From the NCBI GenBank assembly GCA_009776445.1, contig WRNV01000004.1, positions 427 to 64,426 on the forward strand: a DNA stretch of 64,000 bases, given 5' to 3'. Source of the stretch: Oscillospiraceae bacterium (GTDB lineage Bacteria; Bacillota; Clostridia; Oscillospirales; Oscillospiraceae). Shown piece after piece: positions 18,101 through 25,699 of this stretch; positions within the stretch are counted from its first letter, which is position 1; each line of letters opens with the position of its first letter. The notes under the pieces are model-generated. The model was given only the letters and a program-made list of their open reading frames with translations. It made no database searches and had not been told where the DNA came from. The translations under genes were made by a program, and so were the position numbers.

Positions 18101-19654
18101 CGTGGTCTGCGGATACAGCGTTTCGCCTGCCGCCTCATTCCACACCCCTACTATGCCGCCTAAACTGGTAGGCCAGACGATCCGCTCCGCCGGGGCAGAT
18201 ATGACCGTCGTTGTTTCGCTGCCGTAAGCGAATACAAGGCCGCCGTTAACCGTGACGGCGCCATCGGATTTGATAGCGGCGCCATTATTCAAAACCGAAA
18301 CCTGGCCGCCGCGTCCGCCGCCGTAGCCCGAACCGTCGGGTTTGTCGCTCACTATGACAACGGAGTCTACGCCCCTGCTTTGTATCGCCAGCCCGTCGTC
18401 CGCCATGACCGAACCGCCGCTGACGATTATTTCGTATTTTGCGGCCGCGTTGAGCGCTGATATCCCGGCGTCGGCTATGATCGCGACGCCACTGGTGGCT
18501 GAAACTATACCGCCGCTTACCGCTACTTTGGAATTGCTGCCGGTGATCCTGATCGCATTTCCGCTGGTGGCGGAAACCACGCCCCCTTCGATTGTCACAG
18601 AGGCGTTTTGTACCGTTGCTGGATTGGCGGTCGCCGTGCAAATCGCTGTGCCGCTAGATGCGTCAAAATTCGAAGCTTGAACAACCCCGTCGCCTCTGAC
18701 TGTGACGTTCGAGTTTTCTCCGACCAGATTGATAGCCCGCCCTGCCACCGTGGAGACTGTACCGCCGCTGACTATTACATTCCCTGTAGTCTGGATCGTA
18801 TAACTTGTGGATTTAGTCGCCAGGTTTTGGACGCTCCCGCCGCTGATGATCACGTTGTCGCCCAATCCCCCATTCATATATATTGTCGGATTCGCGTTGC
18901 TGTTGGCGGTATTCGAAACTTCTCCGCCCCTTATCTCAACGGTCGAATTTATGCCCGTTGAATTAATAGCACACGCGCTCCCGGACATAATGACGCCACC
19001 GTCTATCACTATGCGGGTATTGTTCTCCCGTGTTCCTACCCCGGCGCCGTCGTTTATGGCATAGCCGCTATTGTATGAAATAATCGCGCCATCTCCGGTC
19101 AGATTGATCTGGGCGCCCAAATAATTGTTTACCTGGATCGCCGCATTCGAATTGTTGGTCATGCTTATGACAGTCCCACCCGGCATGATATCCACAGTGA
19201 CGTCAGGCGCATCAATAACGATCCCGCAACCGCTTCTATCGGAAATGATCGCGGCGTCTCCAACGGAAACAGAAGTCCCGGCGTCGGCGACGCAAATGAC
19301 TCCGCCGGTTCCGGTGTTGCTGACAGTACAAGAGCTAACATTGAATGCGCCGTTCCCGTGAAGTTTTATGAGGTAATCGCTCGCCGGCCCTACTGCGCCT
19401 GACAGGTTCGCCTGCCACTCGACCGTTACCCCGGTGATATCTAATTCGAGTTTTGACGTTGTGGAAGCGATGTCGCCGACAATTTCGTTAGTTACGGTTA
19501 CAGTATTTCCGTCGGCGGTGGCAACGAGGCCGGGCCGGGCGCTGATATCCGCAGCCAAATCAGCCGCGCTCGCTAACTCGCCGACGCTTATCATCCCGAA
19601 GAGCATCGTTACAGCAAGAAATACAATATAGATTTTTTTAAAAGTCTTAGTCAT
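15143..19654 (-). CDS. Giant SLH-anchored surface protein with beta-helix-like repeats and an internal module duplication
   Basis: ATG at 19654 follows GGGAG (the ORF is open to TTG 19669). Signal peptide. Repetitive GG.V...G.AI segments. A module of about 330 aa occurs twice. Three C-terminal SLH domains (FPDVLVGAWYERAV..., FDDVSVEHWAFEHI..., FSDVASSHWAFYDI...). Confidence 0.8.
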   Translation of the reverse strand: MTKTFKKIYIVFLAVTMLFGMISVGELASAADLAADISARPGLVATADGNTVTVTNEIVGDIASTTSKLELDITGVTVEWQANLSGAVGPASDYLIKLHGNGAFNVSSCTVSNTGTGGVICVADAGTSVSVGDAAIISDRSGCGIVIDAPDVTVDIMPGGTVISMTNNSNAAIQVNNYLGAQINLTGDGAIISYNSGYAINDGAGVGTRENNTRIVIDGGVIMSGSACAINSTGINSTVEIRGGEVSNTANSNANPTIYMNGGLGDNVIISGGSVQNLATKSTSYTIQTTGNVIVSGGTVSTVAGRAINLVGENSNVTVRGDGVVQASNFDASSGTAICTATANPATVQNASVTIEGGVVSATSGNAIRITGSNSKVAVSGGIVSATSGVAIIADAGISALNAAAKYEIIVSGGSVMADDGLAIQSRGVDSVVIVSDKPDGSGYGGGRGGQVSVLNNGAAIKSDGAVTVNGGLVFAYGSETTTVISAPAERIVWPTSLGGIVGVWNEAAGETLYPQTTTPNTHDLNYSIGSNTLYWYFDPMLGSGIQYISGVTAGFFLLTPVTVTNEYGLIFDASSGMMYIDVDQTGGLSDINLAEPYAVGIFDGYWSGEPGKLTLRGFSWITSARTSLTVVGADVEIILDGDSTFESTSKSGYSCGIRSNSYNLTVNGSGTLTAKGRNDTGSGTYCYGIDIGIMDLTINGGAFIAQGGKAVNFEGPDDSVGPGTTSQYYRWSWSIDYDGGGGYDGGDSDSGYSPEDPFKYFVKDQFIMFQALKPISFSAVEKGGVPGMVDTAGIALVFDQPVDGLYIDNIDITDDTGAVTVAPVGALTGYGDTWMVALEGVVAEGTVNVEIGHFGDFYVLQPSSVPVNVYKAILYKLIIGSSEGGGTSGTVAGDYLAGTPINVTAVANVGYEFNQWNVAGGVVISGGNEENPAEFDMPDCDVILTPEFTALNADVRGDCGLVFNAAEGKLYYDIDESGTLSGTNLDAPFDPSNDWQGTLWDGEPGKLTLYEFFWTTNASTALTLVGDTTVISYGNSVFEGRTNGLKSDSNIIIEGSGELAAKGEFGVDLGNSGRLSIIGGSITAQGSQTAIRWIGGAGEGPANEYYRWEYSGSYDGDDATTGTSDIQFEYYDEDRFIKLQALKPISFTAEQTGGIPGKADSEGIAISFVEQDSSAPVMISGLTVYDVTIRDMTGTAEKSALSPGYEAASNAWTLGLSSVGTEGTVEVEIKPFGEFFVSPSKQVIAVYKADTSTIEPPEDQNKNQGRIYDPGKNDVGNGKETRETSSALNLLTVDEHIQYIRGVGGGIFAPDRDMKRAEVAQMFFNLLSKQNVEISKRFPDVLVGAWYERAVHTLASIGIVEGYPDGRFHPEDSISRAEFVAVLTRFAKYAPDTLPDGSFDDVSVEHWAFEHIDVAIRFGWIIGYNDGSFKPDQQISRAEVVTIMNRALDRLADKVYIDTHLEQERFSDVASSHWAFYDIMEAYHAHDYSRPNGAGSEVWAGE

Positions 19655-19756
19655 ACTTATCGCTCCCAATTATAGTAATATATCTACATTATACATCATC
19701 ACTCGCCGTATTTCTACATATTTATCATCATTATTTTATGTAGCCAAGGTGTATAC

Positions 19757-19890
19757 CTGTTCAGAGGGTATCCAAAAACTCGCAATGGTTACAGACTCCG
19801 CACACAAGTTTGAGCAATTGTACAAGTTTCCGCCGCAGGACCAGTGCGTTGTCTGTAACCAGCCTGTGTTTTTTGATACCCCCTGAACAC
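19757..19890 (+). repeat. 134-nt nested-hairpin element, copy A (CTGTTCAG...CTGAACAC termini)
   Basis: About 89% identical to 36454-36587. About 21-nt terminal inverted repeats. Inner stems GGTTACAGAC/GTCTGTAACC and CGCAC/GTGCG. Confidence 0.85.
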
Positions 19891-19896
19891 AAGCCG

Positions 19897-20163
19897 TCAT
19901 CTCCCGCTCTCGACAAACCAGCGTGGCTGCCCTGTGTCGCTCCAGGTATCCTCGAAAAACAGAAGCCTCGTTTGCCCCATTATTTTCACGGTGTACCGCA
20001 CTCCCATGCTGCCTGCGGCCGACGCGGCGCGACGCGCGTCGACAACCCTGTCGATCTCAAAAACCCGGCCGTCTTCCCATGTGATTTCGATCGGCCTCAT
20101 ATCCCCGTCCGCGCTGAAACTGACGCGCGCCTCAACATAAACCCTTCGCGGATGCATCTCCAT
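19897..20163 (-). CDS. 88-aa protein translationally coupled to the Y-family polymerase
   Basis: RBS GAAAGG lies upstream of the ATG, which sits 13 nt after the polymerase stop. No recognisable motif. Confidence 0.55.
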   Translation of the reverse strand: MEMHPRRVYVEARVSFSADGDMRPIEITWEDGRVFEIDRVVDARRAASAAGSMGVRYTVKIMGQTRLLFFEDTWSDTGQPRWFVESGR

Positions 20164-20176
20164 CTTGCCTTTCTAT

Positions 20177-21409
20177 TTAGTAATATCCTACCGGATTGAC
20201 GACGTGTTCCTCGCGCGCGTTTAGCCTCCCCAGCTTGCCATCAAGCCCCGTAAGCCCGCGCCATATGCTATGAAATCCATATTGCCGCCGTATGTCGTCG
20301 ACCGCCCTGTCGATCGCCCTTTGACAATTAAGCATTCTTTCATTCACGAAAAGATCGAGCTGCTCGGGCGCGTCCGAGCGTACAAGCGCAGACGCTCTCA
20401 CGCCTATGCTTCGTAGCGGAAGCATCCTAGCCTCCCTGTACAGCTCAAAGCTCAAGTCCAATATCTCCCGCGTGATATCAGTGGCCCGCTCCAGCTTTCG
20501 CTGATGGCTCATCCACCGCAAGTCCGTTGAGCGTAACGAAACCTCCAAAACAAAACTTTTGAAGCCATGCTCCCGGAGCCGCGAGCCTACGCTTTCCGCC
20601 AAAGTCGTCAGAACGATCCTCACATCCTCGTCGCAGACCATGTCCCGCGCCGCCGTCGTCGAATTCCCGATCGATTTCACCGGCGCTTGCATGCTCTCGC
20701 TCCTTACCGGTGTGCTGTCAAGGCCATTGGCGAAAGCGTATAGCACAAGCCCGATTTTTCCGAAACAGCGTTTTAAAATGTCCGGCGCCACAGCCGCGAG
20801 TTCCCCGACTGTGCCTATTCCCATGTCGTTGAGTTTCCGTTTCGTTGCGTACCCCACGCCCATCAAGGTCTCCGCCGGAAGCGGCCAGACAGTTTCCTTC
20901 ATGTTGCCTCTGGTGATTTCGACGACGGAGTCAGGCGGTGCGATATCGCTGCCGATTTTGGCAAAAATCTTGTTCCAACTCACGCCGATGCTGGCGGTCA
21001 AACCGGTTTCCGCTTTAAGCCTTTCTTTTATCTCGTTGGCGACGGAGGCTCCTCTGTCGGCGCGATAGATTCCGGTGAGGTCGAGCCAGGATTCGTCTAT
21101 CGAAAAATCGTCCCTCAAATCGCTATATTCCGAATAGATTTTTCGCACCCTGTCGGTCACCTTTATATAAAGGTCTATATTTGGCGGGACGGTGATGAGG
21201 TTCGGACAGCGCTGGAGCGCCTGCCACCTCGCCATGCCGGTCTTGACCCCGGCTTTTTTCGCCTGCTCGGATTTCGCGAGGATAATACCGTGCCTGTGCT
21301 CGACCGACCCACAAACGGCCACGGGTTTCCCCCTCAGCTCCGGGCGGCGCGCTATTTCGATCGACGCGTAGCAAGCGTTCAAGTCGCTCAAAAGTATCTG
21401 CCTATCCAT
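20177..21409 (-). CDS. Y-family (DinB/UmuC-type) translesion DNA polymerase
   Basis: MDRQILLSDLNACYASIE (cf. D-x-N-x-FYASVE). SIDESWLDLT catalytic motif. Start at ATG 21409 after GGAGGAG (the ORF is open to 21463). Confidence 0.85.
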   Translation of the reverse strand: MDRQILLSDLNACYASIEIARRPELRGKPVAVCGSVEHRHGIILAKSEQAKKAGVKTGMARWQALQRCPNLITVPPNIDLYIKVTDRVRKIYSEYSDLRDDFSIDESWLDLTGIYRADRGASVANEIKERLKAETGLTASIGVSWNKIFAKIGSDIAPPDSVVEITRGNMKETVWPLPAETLMGVGYATKRKLNDMGIGTVGELAAVAPDILKRCFGKIGLVLYAFANGLDSTPVRSESMQAPVKSIGNSTTAARDMVCDEDVRIVLTTLAESVGSRLREHGFKSFVLEVSLRSTDLRWMSHQRKLERATDITREILDLSFELYREARMLPLRSIGVRASALVRSDAPEQLDLFVNERMLNCQRAIDRAVDDIRRQYGFHSIWRGLTGLDGKLGRLNAREEHVVNPVGYY

Positions 21410-21464
21410 GTCTCCGTTGCGGGCTCCTCCTTCAACACGGGACTTCCCCTCCACTACTCTCACT

Positions 21465-21492
21465 ATTATATCACTAGTTTTTAAGATTTCAA
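21465..21492 (-). promoter_or_regulatory. Promoter TTGAAA-16-TATAAT for the polymerase operon
   Basis: On the - strand: TTGAAA (21487-21492) and TATAAT (21465-21470). Overlapped by the direct repeat ACTAGTTTTTAAGATTT. Confidence 0.5.
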
Positions 21493-21535
21493 TATGTTAA
21501 AATAACTAATTTTTAAGATTTTTTGTGTTTTATAC

Positions 21536-21564
21536 TTGCATTGCGTTATTAAATGGGTTATTAT
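21536..21564 (+). promoter_or_regulatory. Promoter TTGCAT-17-TATTAT for the S24 repressor/SRAP operon
   Basis: TTGCAT at 21536-21541 and TATTAT at 21559-21564. A second copy of ACTAATTTTTAAGATTT lies just upstream. Confidence 0.5.
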
Positions 21565-21594
21565 ATGGGTATACACGTATTTGGGGGTAACTAT

Positions 21595-22293
21595 ATGAAC
21601 TTATCTATCGGAAATACGCTTGCCGAACTTCGCCGGGCCAAAAACCACACGCAAAAAGAAGTGGCGTCCAGATTGTCCGGATACGGCTTTTCTGTAAACG
21701 CCAAAACTATATACAATTGGGAAAAGGAGCTTTCCCAACCCAACATCCCATATTTCCTGGCATTATGTGATATTTTGGGCGTGGACGACGCGCTGTGGCG
21801 TTTTGCCGGCATCCACAAAGGGCCATACGCAGGTTTGAACCAGGCCGGACGTCAAAAAGCCCGCGAGCTTATTGACCTATTGTTTCAAATCGACAAATAC
21901 AGAGACGACCCGAAAGAAAGCGACGATCCCCCGCGCCTCTTGCGCCTGTATGACATCCCAGTATCGGCAGGGAGCGGTATTTTTCTCGACGACAGCGGAT
22001 ATGAAATGATAGAGGCGCCCGAATATGTGCCGGCCTCCGCAGACTTCGCGCTACGCGTCAGCGGCGACAGCATGGAGCCGCTGTTCCAGGACGGGCAGGT
22101 AATCTGGATAAAAGAACAGGAAACCTTGGGCGGCGGCGAAATAGGGATTTTCATTTATTTTGACGACGTATACCTTAAAAAGCTGGTTGTCGAGAGCGGC
22201 AAAGCGTACTTGAGGTCGCTCAACCCTAAATACAGCGATATAGAGATAAAAGAAGACTTCGGATTTAAAGCCATAGGCAAAATCGTATCCTAA
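21595..22293 (+). CDS. XRE-HTH plus S24 peptidase repressor (LexA/CI-like)
   Basis: HTH LAELRRAKNHTQKEVASRL. S24 catalytic VSGDSMEPLFQDGQVIWI and a downstream Lys (YLKKL). ATG 21595 follows GGGGGT. Confidence 0.8.
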   Translation: MNLSIGNTLAELRRAKNHTQKEVASRLSGYGFSVNAKTIYNWEKELSQPNIPYFLALCDILGVDDALWRFAGIHKGPYAGLNQAGRQKARELIDLLFQIDKYRDDPKESDDPPRLLRLYDIPVSAGSGIFLDDSGYEMIEAPEYVPASADFALRVSGDSMEPLFQDGQVIWIKEQETLGGGEIGIFIYFDDVYLKKLVVESGKAYLRSLNPKYSDIEIKEDFGFKAIGKIVS

Positions 22294-22339
22294 AGCTAGC
22301 TTTGCCCTCAAATAGCAACAAATCATAGGAGGCGCTGAT

Positions 22340-22960
22340 ATGTGCGGCCGTTATCTTATTGACGAAGAATCATACTCCGACATGTGGGAAACGCTGAATT
22401 TGCCGAGTATTGGCGCATCGCCGAGAATTGACGCACCGCCGTACGCTGCGCTAAGCGCTGGCTTTGTCCATGGAGAGGTTTTCCCGACAAACATAGCGCC
22501 AGTCGTCACTGTCGGCGGAGTGGAAACCATAAAGTGGGGATTCCCGCATTGGAAAGGCGCGGGCGTCATCATTAACGCTCGCGCCGAAACCGCGCGGGAA
22601 AAAACATTGTTCCGCAAACCGCTGGCAGAGCGGCGGTGCGTAGTGACGTCGAGTGGCTTTTTTGAGTGGCGCCATGTCGACGGAAAGAAAAAGAAGGACA
22701 AACACCTACTACGCCGCCCGGGCGAGCGGGCTGTTTACATGGCGGGTGTGGTTGACGTGTTTCTGGACGCCTCTGGTTGTGACTACAGCGCGTTTGTCAT
22801 ACTTACCACCTGCGCGAACAGTTCGGTGGCGCCAATACACAACCGTATGCCGGTTATACTGGCGCCTGACGAACTCGAATATTGGTTAAATGACGGTAAT
22901 TTTGCGCAATACGCCCTGTGTCGGCCAGGCCCCGAACTTATGCTTGAGCCTGCTTTCTAG
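22340..22960 (+). CDS. SOS-response-associated peptidase (SRAP/YedK/HMCES family)
   Basis: Starts MCGRY (invariant Cys2). NARAET and GFFEW motifs. RBS GGAGG. Confidence 0.85.
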   Translation: MCGRYLIDEESYSDMWETLNLPSIGASPRIDAPPYAALSAGFVHGEVFPTNIAPVVTVGGVETIKWGFPHWKGAGVIINARAETAREKTLFRKPLAERRCVVTSSGFFEWRHVDGKKKKDKHLLRRPGERAVYMAGVVDVFLDASGCDYSAFVILTTCANSSVAPIHNRMPVILAPDELEYWLNDGNFAQYALCRPGPELMLEPAF

Positions 22961-23050
22961 CCACTTATGGATTATCAGAGTAAATAAAAACAAGAAAATC
23001 CCCTCGTCTAATCCCGTATTCTGACTTCTGACTCCTGACTTCTGACTCCT

Positions 23051-23068
23051 TGCGCTCCGCAGAGCGCA
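23051..23068. terminator. Short hairpin between convergent genes
   Basis: TGCGCTC-CGCA-GAGCGCA abutting the stop codon of the - strand gene. The T-tract is weak. Confidence 0.3.
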
Positions 23069-24946
23069 TTAATATTTCACCTGAATAAGCTTGACGTACT
23101 CTTCCAGTGGAGCTTCGTTCATGCAGCACTCAATGATTTCCTTACCCAACGGCTCCAGTTCAGGAACGTTATACTTGGACAACTCGCTCTTGCAGAAATC
23201 ACTGAGCTGTTTAGCCCCATCGTCATAGCCGCTTAAACCGACTTCCGGCTGCATCTCAGGCCTGAGGAACGCTTTGTTAATATATTGCCCATCGATTTTC
23301 AGGCTTTCAAGGCCATACCCAAGTAAAGGTAGCCGCGCCGGCGATAAGCAGCTCGGCTTGAAGTTCGCGCTGCCTCGCCGCGCCAGATACTCGCGCATCA
23401 ACCACTGCGGCATAAACCCAACTTTATAGCAACCGATATGCTGGTTCGGAATCAAGACATACCTTGTATTGAGCGAATTGAGTATTTGCTTGAGCAGCAG
23501 GTTTGCGTGGTTCACGCTTTTCCCTGTCAGAAACGGCCCGTATGATCCTATGCCTTCGCTCGTTATACCCTTCGTCTCGATGATGCTAGGATTGTTGTGG
23601 CCCCTTGGCGCGACAAGCCTCCAAAGCCACGCGAGCGCGGGCGGAAGCACATGTAGCATGCCCAGGATACCGTAGCTTGGGCGCTCTTTTGTGCAAGGCG
23701 GGGTGCGTATCCCAAAGCTCCGCACGTCCACCTCTATTGGGTCTGATATAATGTCCGGAACCATCCTACGCGGCAATATCACCCTCGGGTTTGGGCATGG
23801 CTTGCCATCCGAATCTATCGTATGCTCCCATACCAGGCATGTCGCCGTCGGCACCGCCTGGATATTCAAAAACACTAATGGTTCGGAAGGTTGCGTGAAT
23901 ATTTTCTCGCGTAGCGGTTCTGTCCCATATTCCTTCACATGGTCGAGTCTGAGGAACCAGCCGTCTTCCGCGTCGCGTATAACAAGTTTCCCGCTATCGT
24001 TTTGGATGCTCGGATGACACAATACCATGTCGTCCGCGATCGGGCCCAACTGACATTCTTCTTCAATGTTGATATAGAATTTTTCTTTTGTCTCAAGGTG
24101 TTGAGCGTAAAGAATCTTCCTATCTATTTCGCGGTGGATATTTTCACCCATCTCGCTTTTACCGCCGCCTGATGCGCCCTCATGCATAAGAATGATCTCG
24201 TTTTCGTATGGCGTGGTTATTTTGACGGCTGAAGCGTGCGCGGTAACCCAACCTTCCCTCTCCCCGACATCCAGTAAAAAACCGTAAACTCCCTTTTTGG
24301 CGCTCGGCCCTGGATATAGGTTGTACGAAAACATTTCGTAGATATTCGGGGTACGGTTATGCACGATTATTTGCTTGCCATCGAAATATGTGTGCCTGAA
24401 AGGCGGCGCTAGAAAAACCGCAAGCTTTGGTTCAAACACACCCTCGAATTCATCGATATTGATAAAATACTGCAGCCCCGCAAGGCCGCACGCAAAGAAG
24501 GTAGCGTTCTTAGGCGATATTAGGATCGAGTGATACCCTCCAAATGTCCCTCCAGCCAAAAACGGGACTATCGTCAACTCCTGGTTTATCAGCCAATCGA
24601 AAGTATCCTGCCTTAGTGATGTGAACGGTTCCTTGAACTGATCGATGAATCTGGGCTTATCGGTTGGCATATCGTCAGCGACAATAGTGCAGTCCGGATC
24701 CCTTCTTCTCATATAGTCTTCCATGTAGTTGACGGCAACGCCGTTTTTGCATCGGACGACGGTCGCCTCCTTGACGAACTTGCCGTTCACGTCATATCGG
24801 ACGTCAAAACTGTTCGCTCCAGGCGGGTATAGCGTCATGGAGACAAGTTCTTCCCTACTTGTAGGGACGGTAACGGATTTGCAATTGTCGATAACACGTG
24901 AGATATCATCTGAAAATTTAAATTTTTTCAGGCTCAACAGACTCAA
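23069..24946 (-). CDS. Uncharacterised 625-aa protein with an HPr-kinase/PEPCK-like P-loop (possibly DUF4914)
   Basis: TTG start after AAGGAGGAG. HEGASGGGKSEMGE (G-x-S-G-x-GKSE as in HprK) followed by GPIADDMVLCH (HprK-like ADD). No signal peptide. Confidence 0.55.
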   Translation of the reverse strand: MSLLSLKKFKFSDDISRVIDNCKSVTVPTSREELVSMTLYPPGANSFDVRYDVNGKFVKEATVVRCKNGVAVNYMEDYMRRRDPDCTIVADDMPTDKPRFIDQFKEPFTSLRQDTFDWLINQELTIVPFLAGGTFGGYHSILISPKNATFFACGLAGLQYFINIDEFEGVFEPKLAVFLAPPFRHTYFDGKQIIVHNRTPNIYEMFSYNLYPGPSAKKGVYGFLLDVGEREGWVTAHASAVKITTPYENEIILMHEGASGGGKSEMGENIHREIDRKILYAQHLETKEKFYINIEEECQLGPIADDMVLCHPSIQNDSGKLVIRDAEDGWFLRLDHVKEYGTEPLREKIFTQPSEPLVFLNIQAVPTATCLVWEHTIDSDGKPCPNPRVILPRRMVPDIISDPIEVDVRSFGIRTPPCTKERPSYGILGMLHVLPPALAWLWRLVAPRGHNNPSIIETKGITSEGIGSYGPFLTGKSVNHANLLLKQILNSLNTRYVLIPNQHIGCYKVGFMPQWLMREYLARRGSANFKPSCLSPARLPLLGYGLESLKIDGQYINKAFLRPEMQPEVGLSGYDDGAKQLSDFCKSELSKYNVPELEPLGKEIIECCMNEAPLEEYVKLIQVKY

Positions 24947-25130
24947 AACTATTCTCCTCCTTAAATTTAAAATGTGAACGCTGTATTATAGTTATAGTGT
25001 TAATAAATGCCCCGCAATAATATCACAATCCATTAGCATACGCAATAGCCTGTAGCGCTCAACAATGCGGAAAAACAGACCTGTTACCTTTCATGGTTGG
25101 TCGTTTTCCACAATGTCTGTTTATTTGCGA

Positions 25131-25284
25131 CTGTTCAGTACTCTCATCATTGCAAGCCGTGGGCGTGGCAATCCAGTTTATATTGCGTCGATTTGCGTCG
25201 ATCGCAATGTTTTCTTCTGGATTGCCTCGTCGCTGCGCTTCTTGCAAAGACGAAACTGTGATATTTGCGGTATCACCTGAACAG
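25131..25284 (+). repeat. 154-nt nested-hairpin element, copy D (same CTGTTCAG...CTGAACAG termini, different interior)
   Basis: Termini at 25131-25138 and 25277-25284. Inner inverted pairs TTGCAAG/CTTGCAA, GGCAATCCAG/CTGGATTGCC and ATTGCG/CGCAAT. The right end plus flank, CTGAACAGTTACGTT, is identical to that of copy B. Confidence 0.65.
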
Positions 25285-25363
25285 TTACGTTTATTGTACT
25301 CTTATCTGTTGTCGCTTAAAAACCAAAATAACCTATGAGCCACTATTGACATTCACTCGCGTT

Positions 25364-25699
25364 TTACTGCGGACTGTCAAATCTGTATTCCTCAACACAC
25401 ATGTGCTCCATATAACCCAAAACTTTGTATCTGTTGTTATCAGACAGCTTTCTGAACATTCCAAGCAGCTTTTGCTCATTGTCGCTCACCAGAGAGGCTG
25501 ATGCGCTTTCTGATAAAAGCCAGTCAAGTGGTACGGCATAATAATCAGCCATCGTCCTTAACATCGCTTTCCTTGGAATAGCCAGGTTGTGCTCCCATCT
25601 GTACACAGAATTCATCGACACTCCCAAAATCAGGCTTTGCTCATATAACGTCTTCTTTGTTTTTAATCGCAAGCTCCTTAATTTCTCACCTAGACTCAC
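25364..25699 (-). CDS. XRE-family helix-turn-helix transcriptional regulator (111 aa)
   Basis: LRSLRLKTKKTLYEQSLILGVSMNSVYRWEHNLAIP. GTG start. Confidence 0.75.
   Translation of the reverse strand: MSLGEKLRSLRLKTKKTLYEQSLILGVSMNSVYRWEHNLAIPRKAMLRTMADYYAVPLDWLLSESASASLVSDNEQKLLGMFRKLSDNNRYKVLGYMEHMCVEEYRFDSPQ

Noticed and set aside
19810-20199. 129-aa + strand ORF
   Set aside because: It overlaps the hairpin element and runs antisense to the RBS-preceded 88-aa gene that is coupled to the polymerase. Its translation is Pro/Arg/Ser-rich.
21410-21594. Canonical Firmicutes LexA (Cheo) box GAAC-N4-GTTC in the divergent SOS-like control region
   Set aside because: Neither GAAC nor GTTC occurs in the intergenic sequence. 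The direct repeat ACTA(G/A)TTTTTAAGATTT is proposed instead.
24947-25130. Small ORFs (62-82 aa) between the HprK-like gene and the XRE gene
   Set aside because: They are mutually overlapping on both strands, have no RBS, and span the hairpin element D. They are treated as non-coding.
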